DNA from: Tubulanus polymorphus
Lineage: Eukaryota; Animalia; Nemertea
DNA: 64,000 bases
Reading direction: 5' to 3'
NCBI RefSeq assembly: GCF_964204645.1
Contig: NC_134025.1
Coordinates: 9,858,001 to 9,922,000 of the forward strand
Part shown: positions 38,903-50,240 of the stretch, one piece after another
Layout: the number at the start of each line of letters is the position of its first letter
Position numbering within the stretch: position 1 is the first letter of the stretch
Translations under genes and position numbers: made by a program
The notes under the pieces: model-generated
What the model was told of the DNA's origin: nothing
The model's input: the letters and a program-made list of their open reading frames with translations, nothing else
Databases searched by the model: none

Positions 38903-39873
38903 ATTTCTTAGATCATGTAATCTTTCAAACGTACTCCAGTATCCGATTTATTTATTCATATACATAAATATCAAATTACTTTCATCGAGTTGTCTTATAG
39001 CTACGTCGGTTATAACGTAGGTCAAGCAATTATATATATCTTTGTACTCTCTGGGCCCAGTTATATATACAGTGATATGATATTTGTAACCCGGATTGTA
39101 CGTGAACCTAAGTTTTTGAGCTGGATAAAATGAAATATAGTAAAATACCTTTTTCAAAACCCTCGCATCACGATGAGTGTCATCACAGTACCGCATTGAA
39201 TGGGTAGTGTACATTTTTAACGAATGCTCTTCCTGATAAGTAGCAAGTTTAAACTGATGAAATAAAAATCATCATCGTCATATCGTAGCAAGTACAGAAA
39301 TTAGCAGTTCGTACACATTAATTGTCCTCAAACTGACGTTTCGTACCAGCTGTACTCGGTACTATTCAAGAGGCTTTGCTCGTTGATTGGCCAATAGGCT
39401 GCAGAACAAACTTCATTTCTTTCGCTCCGGAATAGTATCAACTAATATCATTAAATGGCGTAAAACTGATTTGATCAATGCGCGACCGGAGCACTGCTGA
39501 ACGACCTATTTATTTACAGGTAACGTCGTTGATTCTACTTCATGGACGCCTGTCTAACCGTTTTAGTATCGATTTGGATTTAGCTTTTGTAGAAATTTGA
39601 TTACGTATGTACGTACGTCGTCACGACACTCTTCACCTCACGTTGGAAAGAACATTATTAGGACGGGCTATTCGTTCGTGCGCAATATCTAAGCCCTCCA
39701 GAGCCCTCGGTTGCCTTGTATTAAAAGTGGCTGGACACGCTGAGAGGGCTGTTTAAGCAGGATTCTCAACTCAAATAATTCCTATTATAAGCCACGTTTT
39801 TCAGAGTGTTGGGGAAATGTTGCAATTATCAACGTGATGTGATATATCGCAACTACACTTATTGTTTGTTAGT

Positions 39874-40036
39874 TAGTCGCGATCACACGGAGACGTAATT
39901 GGCCCGGGCCAAATCGGCACGGCCCAAGTAAAATTTTGGCCGTACCTTTATAGAGCGCGCTCACACCCAACCCGGGGCCCATTTGGCACCTGTGTGAACA
40001 GTTGTTCCGGCCAAAATGCTCGTGTGGTCGCGGCTA
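39874..40036. mobile_element. GC-rich MITE
   Basis: TIRs TAGTCGCGATCACACG / CGTGTGGTCGCGGCTA with internal GGCC-rich inverted motifs. Confidence 0.7.
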
Positions 40037-43000
40037 TATGGCCAAGGAACATAATCTGGTTTTAATCCCAAAACGTCTGCCAAAATCTCATCAAACGTCT
40101 CATCAAAGTAAAAGAATAGAAATATGCGGCAATCGGCTATGGAAGATCAATGTTCACTTATTCGCTCCGAGATAGGCGACATTTAATATACGCCACAGAA
40201 TGTTGTTAGTTCCTCACTCCCATTCGTTATCAGTCGTAGCCCAGTATCGTAAATTACTCAATTCAGACGAAAGAGATTTATTGTGTTAATTTAAGCATAT
40301 TTCCTCCTCTACTTTAGCAGCTACAAAGCTAAATGCAGCGGTGAATTTGGAAATCAACTAAAAAGGGTTACGGCAGGAGGGAAAGACATTCAATTGATTT
40401 TCATCAAAGGAATACGCATTCCTAATACCAAACCCGATATTGATATTTGCAGAGACAGAATGTTCAGTTATTCGACATAAACCCAAACAAAATGGACGTA
40501 TAAATGTTTGGTATGAGGTATGAGGATGAGGTTTTGGTATGAGATTTGGTATGAGGAGCTACCAAAAATCGTTATTTATACGAAAATATGTTAGATGCCA
40601 TATTGGAAATGAAGTATATCATAATATGTTGCAAGCTATAGCACCACTGAGGATTTCAAATAATTTTCTAAATTTTCTCAAAGCATCAAAGAAATCGGCT
40701 TCTGAAAAAACGTTACTGTTTTCGGTGCGTGTCTTAAGAAGTAGAGTAGTAACTGGTGTTTCTGGGGAAAAAACTTCCACCATATTTTTCGCGATATGAT
40801 GAGAAAGCTTTGCTTCGATTTTTTTTTCTAATTAAGAAAAGCATTTTTGCCCATTGCCCGAGGCAACTACTATTTATGTAAAGCAAATGAATGGTCGCCG
40901 TATAACTAATAACAAATCGATGATAATTCTCCAGATGCCTTTGAATGTCACTGGGCCCATACCTTGCATATCATGCATTAATTTGGTAGCACCGAAAACC
41001 CTCGGCGGTTCTCTACTGTGTTGGAATATATTCACACCTTCGAATAGATGCAACCCTCAGCAGTTCACCACAACGTTGGAATAGCAACTTGGAATAGCAA
41101 AATCGCTCCCAAGAATCAATCGAACACTCAATTTAGGATTTTATAATTTTTGGAAAATAGCTTTATATAGTGTATAAACCGTATCTATTCAAAATTGACA
41201 TTTTGGGATCATCAATGATCATTGAAAACAACTATGTATATCAAGGCACCGAATTGCCTACGTGCAATATTCTCCTCCCTATAGACCTGCATAGCAAAAA
41301 TCTATAAATTTGTACTCGAATGAAATAATAAACGCTGCAAGTGTCAATTACCACTCGATTAGAGTTTCGATTTGTCAGCTAAGCCTCATGGGCGTGGCCG
41401 TTAAGAAGAGAGATATCATGCGTATAGTTTTTGGTATAGAATAATTCCATTCAAGTCGTTCATAACTACTAACTAACATTCCCTATATGTTCTTTACTTG
41501 AGGAGTAACTGATACGTAGGCAACCGTAGCTTTTGAAATAACTATGGCACTGGAACAAGTGTGACTTAGTCGTCATTTTTATGTAGACATGACCTTGGCC
41601 GTTGGGGGATACCGCAGGTACCATTTCCAAACCATGCACTCAAAGTCCATGATGCCCAAACGAAAGAGGCAAATCGGGAACAGAAACCCGTTACTTCTTT
41701 GAAGTTACTCCCTGCGATTTTGATTCTGGATCATGAATTTTGCCAATTCCAAAAACTCTGCGTATATATATATATATCAACCAGCGAATGTTAACAGAGA
41801 TTGTGACCGAGAAGTCGTTCGTTACGATGTATATGATTTATAATTGTAGCTGCGGGCGACAGCGAAACACGGGGGAAGGAAAACACGATTTGACACGTAC
41901 CTTCGTATGTCGTAAGATGTGTCGTCGTCCATGTTGGTCGCGTCGTTCGCGCTAACTCTCAAGTTGTCAACACAATCACAACATCCGATTCATCTTCCCA
42001 ATTAGGTCCGTAACCGTCGTATACGATTGTTAACCTTTACGACGACTATACAATTCGTGCCTACCCGAAGGCGTGTCTCAAATGTCACGAGCGTTTTAAT
42101 TGCGCATGGTTTTCGCAAATCCCACTAAGTCTTTATTGTGAATGTATATTTTATATGCCGAGACATCACGTCGCTTGTACATCTTCACTGTCCCCAGAAT
42201 ATCTCATTTGTCATGGTTACAACCGATGTAAATAAAATCTGTTAGTCATCTGACATATGACTTTATAGTCGGTATTAACATATAATGGATTTTCCTTTAC
42301 GTGTCTCAGTTTTGGTGTCAAGAGATCACATGCCGCATGGTTTTTGCCTGATTTCCAGGGCTTTTCCTGAAAATTACTAAAATATCCAGGTAAAAGGCAG
42401 GTATAAGTTTACTGGTAATTTGTCAAACCGATCGAGGCATAAACAAGTTGGATATTCTTGCAGTAAATACAACAAGTAAAATATTGATACGTTCCTCCAG
42501 TTTCGTTTACTCTCCTCAAGCGTTAATAAATACAGGTGTATGTGGCAGTCCACGATATGCAGAAAATCCACATGTTTTTTACAGAAAACAAATCGTCGGT
42601 CAATTCACTCCACAAACAACGCACACGCACACACATAAAGAAGTTGAGAAAGTCGATAACACTCCAATACTTCGCGCAAGTCATTCAGATATGACATCGA
42701 ATTACTTGTGAATGAACTGCTCAAGGGCAATGGACCGGTCAAATACACCAGACAAATACGAGATTTCGGCCGAAACTCTCGCGGCACATCTGGTACAGTT
42801 CACGCACCCACGCGCCATTGGAAGAATACGCCTATAATGATGAATTTTCTGACAACGTTTTTGTATTCTCCATGATGATGACATTTAGAAAAAAGTGATG
42901 CGCACGAACGTAACACCTAACATGCGTAAATGTCGGCCTTATTTTTAGCTGTACGTTGGGTGGATATGCTTTCGATCAGCCAACTATGCACAACAATCGA

Positions 43001-45669
43001 GTTATGTCCTGTCGACGTCATCGGGCCAATTGGGAAATGAATTAGAGGCAGTTTAAACCGCTCTTCGGCCTCGATATTGTTCTCAAACTTGGCTTTGGCA
43101 ATAGCTATGATTAGGCAGTGATTGGTCACCGTCTCCTCTTTAAGCGAACTAACGATGTCTATAATTCACCTTGTTAACCGTAGACGCTCATTCGTCAATT
43201 TGTTCTCGGGTGCCTAATTCCTGACTCTGGAAACATACGCTATATATACACTAAACGTTTATCGTTTCACATACCTTTTTAAGCTGCCGTGCGATGGTGT
43301 TCGCAGCATAGTCGTAAATTAATTCGCGCTAGTTAAAACGATGGGCTCAACTAAAGGACATAACGTTAGCCGGACGAGTATCTCTTAAGTGTTGCCTTTA
43401 CGGAAAAAACATCATTGCAGTTTATGTCTTAATATAGGCGCGAACCGGTTGCAACAGAAACATAGTCAATATTGAATTTGTACTAGCTTATTTATATGGG
43501 TGGAGACGTATCTTCAGGCATCGTCGTGTCTGCAGCCTGAATTTTGCCACTGCCGTGACGTGTAAACGTTAGCAACAATTTACTCGTTTCTAAGCACAAT
43601 GTACACGAAACTTCTCAGTTTCGCGCGCTTTCGATGATGATTCAGCACAGACCGCAATGGATTTTTCATCAATGCACTTTATTTTTCGTCGAAATTATGA
43701 AATCACTATTAGCCTTTAATCTCAGCAGCCTATAGAGAATTGTTCATTCATTCCGAATGAAACCCATTGAAAATAGAAGGTTTTCATACAGCTTTTGATA
43801 CATACATGATGAACGTATCAAATGTCTTTGGAAGATCGTTCGAAGCGCTTATATTTACATAGCTAGATATGAGAAGCGTCGACGCTTATCGCACGGAAGC
43901 TTTATACTCAATATGACTTGTCTCTACGGTTACTCAAGAATCTAGTCATTAATTGTTCGTGATGGGTACTTAAATTCCCGTGCACTGCTCGTCATTTGAA
44001 ATAAACAGACGGCGCAACTCTGTGCGAAACGTCGACATCGATAAAAGTTATTTCACTGCGTTGATATACCGCAAAACCAATCGTGGTACATTCGTTTTAT
44101 CACTTGTCTAAAGAGCTTTTCTGTCGTCGCGATTCTTCAAATTCCTTTGACTTGTATCCATCATTTGATCGATTGGCCATTCCTTGTACGCGTTAACGTT
44201 TTCTTTTGTTCATCAACATCTTTTGTACTGGATCTCCTTTCGATGAAAGTGATCAGCTAGTGCACGTATTACCCTAGTTGTATTTATCCTTGCCTTACGA
44301 AGTTTCAATTTACGTTTTATTTAGTAATAAGTGAACTAATTCACCTTTGAGTAGGTTCACGACTGAAAATGAACTTTGAACTCATTGGAATTTGTCTTGG
44401 GGCTTTTCAATGGATGCCTTTTCAAAAGTATTTACGGCGCCAGTTGTACATGTCTGTAAAGGATGTCAGCTGTAGCTTTCAAAATAAAAAAGTATAAGGA
44501 ATAAGGTAACGATCATCTAGATTACTCCGCATGTCATATTCCATTTACCAAGCGGCTTTCATAGTCATAATCATACCGAATTTGGATATTCAATGGTTTT
44601 AAGTGAAACTTTAGTTAAAAGAGAAACTTTTTACCAATATTGATTTAAATCTTTTGTTACACTTTCTTCTCTTACGTTTAATGTACACTATAGAATAATT
44701 TCATTTGATCAACTGAATGTTAACTTCTGCGTGATATTAATTCATCTTCTTTTTTTTCATCAATCCTTTTTCATTTGTTTTTCTTTTTTTTCATGGTATG
44801 TTTTGCCAGGGTGTCTGAACATCCTGGCTCTCCTCCGGCTCCTGTCATCTTAATGTGTACTTCATTGCTTGCATTTAAATTTGTTATTATTGATTTTGTA
44901 CCTATTTATGGTGACAAACAGATTACTTTACTTTACTTTGGTGAATTTAATATCTTGCATCAAAATTATGTCAAATCCAATACGAAAAGAATCAAACACC
45001 ATCATGGCATTGCATTTTACATCCCAGACCCGTCATATATGTTTCAAATTTATTAGCTAACGTGCGAAGAACAGAACTTTAGCGGCTCCCAGCGTGAGTC
45101 CGTGTACGTATATTGGTTCGATGAATACACTTAAGTTGAATAGAATAATTACATTAAATGTCAATACTAGTCACCGAGATCCTTTGTTATTGTTTCCTGA
45201 TAGAAATGTTATATTATGATAGCCGTTGGTATATTTTCTGAACGGTATGAAAAAAAACGTGAAACAGACGCGACCCACACGTATCTTGCGCTTCAACCGT
45301 AACGAAAAACGTAATCTAAATTAAGATACATAATAACCTTGTATAGAAAGCTATTTGCCCACGCATCAGATATACCTTTCTCAAAGCTCGTGATTTTTAG
45401 TTGCATATACCGTCGCTGTTTCATCCCAGTATTGAGTAAACAAATATCGGTGTTTTTCAGCCGATTGCCTTGTATATCATGCATATATGAAGCCAAACGC
45501 ATATGTTCCTATGCCCAAGGATATGGAATGCATGGCAAGAATAAAGAAGATTATGATATTGCTTTGACATTAAGTACTGAGAAAAAGATATTCCAGTTTC
45601 TAATATCTGTCATATATTTCGCAAAAAAATGTGAATTTAGCGAGTAATTTTTAAGGTATACATCATCTA

Positions 45670-45843
45670 CAGTAAACTTCGCCTTACTCGAACATGGCAA
45701 ACTCTGACTTTCGACTAACTCGGACTAAAATGAAATCATTTTTCCGACTTCCTAACATATTTTTCTATCCCAAACTCGGACTTCATTTACCTCGGACCAA
45801 CTTTTCCGGTCCCAGTTAGTCCTAGTTAAGCGAGAATCAACTG
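45670..45843. mobile_element. Tc1/mariner-type MITE
   Basis: TA|CAGTAAACTTCGCCTTAC ... GTTAAGCGAGAATCAACTG|TA, with repeated CTCGGAC units inside. Confidence 0.7.
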
Positions 45844-46135
45844 TATTTTCGTAATGACTTCTATTCATTAACACGTTCCGAAAAAGTAGATAAAATTGAA
45901 TTCCAGTCGATTGCTATTACTCTTCGTGTTTAAAATGTAGTGGCGAGAAATATCCAAGGAGAACTTCCTATGGACTAAAAACAATGTTCAGATAGGAGCA
46001 ATCATTATTGTAAGATGTTCGAATGGGAATATTCAAAACATCGGTGACGCAAAAAAATCTCACGAATATACCTATAGTCCAAAACTTCGGAAACTATTTA
46101 TGGACATTGAGTAAACACATCAAATTTCTACTTAC

Positions 46136-46203
46136 CGCCTGCCTGATCCAGGAACTAACGGTTCGTTTTCCATCGATGTCGGATCAACAGAAGGCGAATA
46201 CAT
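46136..46203 (-). other. Candidate upstream first coding exon of the TRP channel (MYSPSVDPTSMENEPLVPGSGR)
   Basis: Consensus donor CG|GTAAGT, phase 2, which splices in frame onto the acceptor at 34422 (AG|C ATG). A GC-rich promoter-like stretch lies at 46255-46350. Confidence 0.5.
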
Positions 46204-47940
46204 CGATCCTTTATAACAGCAGCCCCAGCCGGATCTTAATTAAAAACGATCAAATACCTCGCGCCAACCGAGAGCCCGCTCGCTAGTCGCAAAGCGGCGG
46301 CGAGTGTTCGCTCTTCTCTACGTCGCCGAGGACGTAGAGCAGGCGGTACGGTAGGAGTTCAATGAGTGACACATACACCAATCGATACGCACATTTTCGT
46401 TAATCCTCCGATGAGATTTGTTACGAGGAAAACGTATGCTATCGTGCTGACCTTGGTTTTGCTTTATCCGGATCATTTAGACTCATCAATTCGACCCATT
46501 ATAAGCACGAACTGTGGTGCCATGGTTGTCGGTCAGTGCAAAAAATGATACCGTTCAGCCCTCGACCCCAAAGTGCATTTGAAATATTAGAAAAATATCA
46601 GAATCCACCGTGTTAAAGATTCTTTTACTTAGAATGTTAACTCTCCTTACTTATAAAGCGTTAAAATAAGTTTATGTACGCAAAAATTGGTCGGCCTAAA
46701 GCAATGACAATCGTCTCCTCAGTTCCAACAACAGCACTTAAAACAACATCACTAACATCAATACATCGTGATCTGGACATTACCATATGAACCTATATCA
46801 TCTTAAAAGTTTAAGATATCTTTTAGTATCTGGAAATAACGGACCTTTTTGACTGACCAGTACAAGAGTTTAATTTCCTGTTCAGTGACTACGGCTCAAA
46901 ATAGCTACTTCGCAATGGAAGCAGTCACCGAGGAGGGAAGCAACGTATTATTATTATCATTATGTAAAAAATACGAAACCGTGCACATCTATTGTATTAT
47001 AGGCTTACATTGATATATATCTATTTATATGTATAAACATCGTATTGTTTTTTCGAGATAAACTCATTATTTAGAACTTTGACGATCGCTTTTATACTTA
47101 AACTTAAACTTTTATTCTTTTTATGGTGTCGCTTTGACGTGTTTCATATATATCATCAAAGAAAGATAGTTTCCGCAAATAAAGCCTTACCCTTTATTAC
47201 GGATGAGCATCCATGCGTTGACGGCAGAAATCATTTTCTTTCTATCTGTATGCCGGTGCGTATATGACTGCCTTTCGTAATTGGTTTTGGTAGTGTAATG
47301 AGCTTTCAGGCGACCTTTCTTCAAATACCACACCCATGTATCTGCCTCTCAATCCCTTATGCGATATTAATCCTTGTACCACATTTACGATTGTGATTAG
47401 CTCTGGGCAAAATATAAATTAATGAAATATATCATCTTCATCAGTAAATGTATCGTTGTGCAGAATTTTTTGGCCCGAATATGCCACCACTTGCGAACGA
47501 TTTGCAATATTCAGTATCTATCTATGTTTTCAGATATCAATCATTCTGAGAAAGAAATGCATCTCAGTGTTTCTCACTTACTAACCCCGAGGTTTAATGA
47601 AAAGATTGTCTTGTGAATCGCAGTACTTAGATGCCATTAGAAAATCCACAAACTTTCAAAATCTGTCTTTGCGTTGGCCTCGTTCAGCTACTCATGCGCC
47701 ATCTTGAGTCTAACAGGGCGTTTTTTGTTACGCGCAACACACAACGGTCGTTTCGACGATGTATTTATATTCATAAGTGTCGGAAAAAACAAAAACGATC
47801 AGATAGAAACGAAGGTATATTTAAACTGCTCGATAAGATAATGGTGTTAGAATGTGAAATTATCTGGTTAATTCCCACAAAGCAATTTCGATAGCTTTCA
47901 GTTGCATTCTCCGTCATATCGTGTATTCGCCAGCTCTATA

Positions 47941-49067
47941 ATGAAACTAGCTTCCCATATAGCTTTTTTGTTGGTAATATTGTGTTTTTCCGTCGCGAAA
48001 GCCAGACCATGCATTGAGAAGTATGTATATTTATGAGAATAGTTTCCATCATTTTTATTGATCACAAATTAATAAAAGAGCATTTTCGAATTGTGTTGGT
48101 TGAAATTGCGTATCTACGGATATGTATAATGTCATATCATTCTGTCAATCTAACACCATACGAAAACTATATCCATATGTACAGTGATGAAAAATTCATC
48201 GTATATTAATATAATTATTAGTCGTACCTATGTATATTTTGCAATACGTATTCAACATCTCTTCATAACCAACGAAAGATTTGACTTGTTTGCTTTGATC
48301 TCGTAGAGACAAAATATTTTTTGTTTATTCCGTATAAGCCGCAATAGTATGTATCCTGTTCGCTGCGATTTCATTAATATTTCACATATTTATCCAAAAT
48401 TCGTCATCGGGTACTATAATGTTAAACTCTACTTTAGTCTCTCAAAATAATGGTTATGTTAGTATAAAGATATTAATTTACGATAATAATTCGAACATCT
48501 CCTTAAATGATGACCCCCATATCTATGCTTCTCGGCCCCAGGCTTATGTAAATAGTAACACTAGTGTTATTTTTTGCTTTCTGAGTGTTTTTTACTATAT
48601 TTCAGACGGGGACTTATCAATATAGGCCTATTCAATAGTTTCAAGTTAGCGGATATAATTCTAGATTCTAGAATTCTTTATGATTCCCTTCGAGATGCCT
48701 ACAACCTCAATAAGAAAGTCAACAAGGTATACTATGGGTATTAGTGAATATATAGGCAAGAGCATTGCAGCCATCTGATTCAGATCTTTTTCAATCTAGA
48801 AACGAAGGAAATAGATAATCATTATTCAACTAATGGGTAATCTTGAGGGGAGGTTAATCTTTTTACCATTTAAATGATGATGCCCTTGGATTATCTAGGT
48901 TTTTAATATCGTTGCAGATTGATAACCAATTCGAGAGTTGGAGGGATATGTTTGTAAAAAAACTTCAAAATGCAGGATTTATTGAGAAAAAGCCGGAAAG
49001 CAATGGATTAGAAATCGAAAAAATTGCAACCGATGTACTTAAAGAGCTTGGCTGGACATCGCTGTAA
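47941..49067 (+). CDS. Uncharacterised secreted precursor protein, 116 aa (signal peptide, propeptide, KR, Cys-free mature region)
   Basis: Exons 47941-48020, 48606-48726, 48918-49067 with GT-AG boundaries and matched phases (2, 0), 351 nt. Protein: MKLASHIAFLLVILCFSVAKA-RPCIEKR-GLINIGLFNSFKLADIILDSRILYDSLRDAYNLNKKVNKIDNQFESWRDMFVKKLQNAGFIEKKPESNGLEIEKIATDVLKELGWTSL*. Probable 5'UTR intron 47815-47933. ATTAAA near 49116. Confidence 0.75.
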
Positions 49068-50240
49068 AGATAATGATAATCGATCATGTTTGGATGAACT
49101 GAAAATGACGTCAGCATTAAAACGCTGAATAATAATATCTATTGCGTGGGTGGTTTGTTTTTCTAGTTGTTTTTTCTAGCTATTTTTCTCTTGGTGGCTC
49201 GAGTCTTCATCTCCTTTCTGCGTATCATTTTTTTCCGATGAGAAAAATCCTGTTGATCTAAATGGTTAACAAATTTGTGTCCAAATTGGTCATTTTTTGT
49301 TACGATTTTTGGTCGAGTGTTCGAATTTTGGCCAATTGCTGAATTTCAGAGCTGAAAGGCTTTTTTATCGGCCTTGTCGGATTAGTCCATGTCTTAATCT
49401 TATGTTTGATAATGATCAGGAAGTGACATCGTATGAAATTACCATGCAAATTGGCCTTGGTTGGTCGTAATAATCGGACGGAAAGTTCCTAAAAATGCTG
49501 CAATAGCTTCTTCACCCATCAGTCGTGAACTGAGCAATGGCGATTTAATGCCCCCAGAACAATATACAAGCATAGCTCAGTAAATCTCGGAGTTCTCAAT
49601 AACGTCCCATTGAGTATACATGCGTAACATTTAATTAAAGTACCCGTCGACTAGCTAATCGCGTTCTAAGTGAAAAACTACAATGGCGTTTTCCGCAATA
49701 CATTGTTCATTCATTTCCCCCGAGTGAACAGGCACGGTACTGGTCGGCATTGCTGGCGCGGCAAGGTCCGTCGTCATGGTCTGATAGCTGTTAAGAATAC
49801 GGACGTTATTAGCACTGCACCACGACAGCTCTTGCCGACGAAGGCATAAACACGCTTCGAAAACCAGTTACACAAAAACAAAACGTATCTACAGGCACGG
49901 TCGACACACATACATGTACACAGTGAATATATAGACACCTACACGAAATATAAACACGACTATTTGATTTAAGTTTAAAAAACGCTGACTTTTACCATTC
50001 GCAGAGATCTGATTATTTGGCTATGGGCGCCTGAGTCGAATTTAGATTTTTCGCGTTAGACAGGTAAGATTTATATTCATTCTTTTTTGGTGAATAACTT
50101 CCGTAGTAAAGACTTAGGTACATTTTTAGGGTGTCAATCTATGTCATTAATGGATGAATATAGCTGAACAAAAAATTAAGAGTTTGAAGCAAAATAAAAG
50201 AAGTTTTCATTTTAGTACTTGTCTTTTTTCAGTGGTACTT

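Noticed and set aside
40510-40557. GGTATGAG short direct repeats, and TTCTGAA-type repeats at about 4025-4060
   Set aside because: Simple degenerate tandem repeats without unique spacers. Not CRISPR; eukaryotic context and no cas genes.
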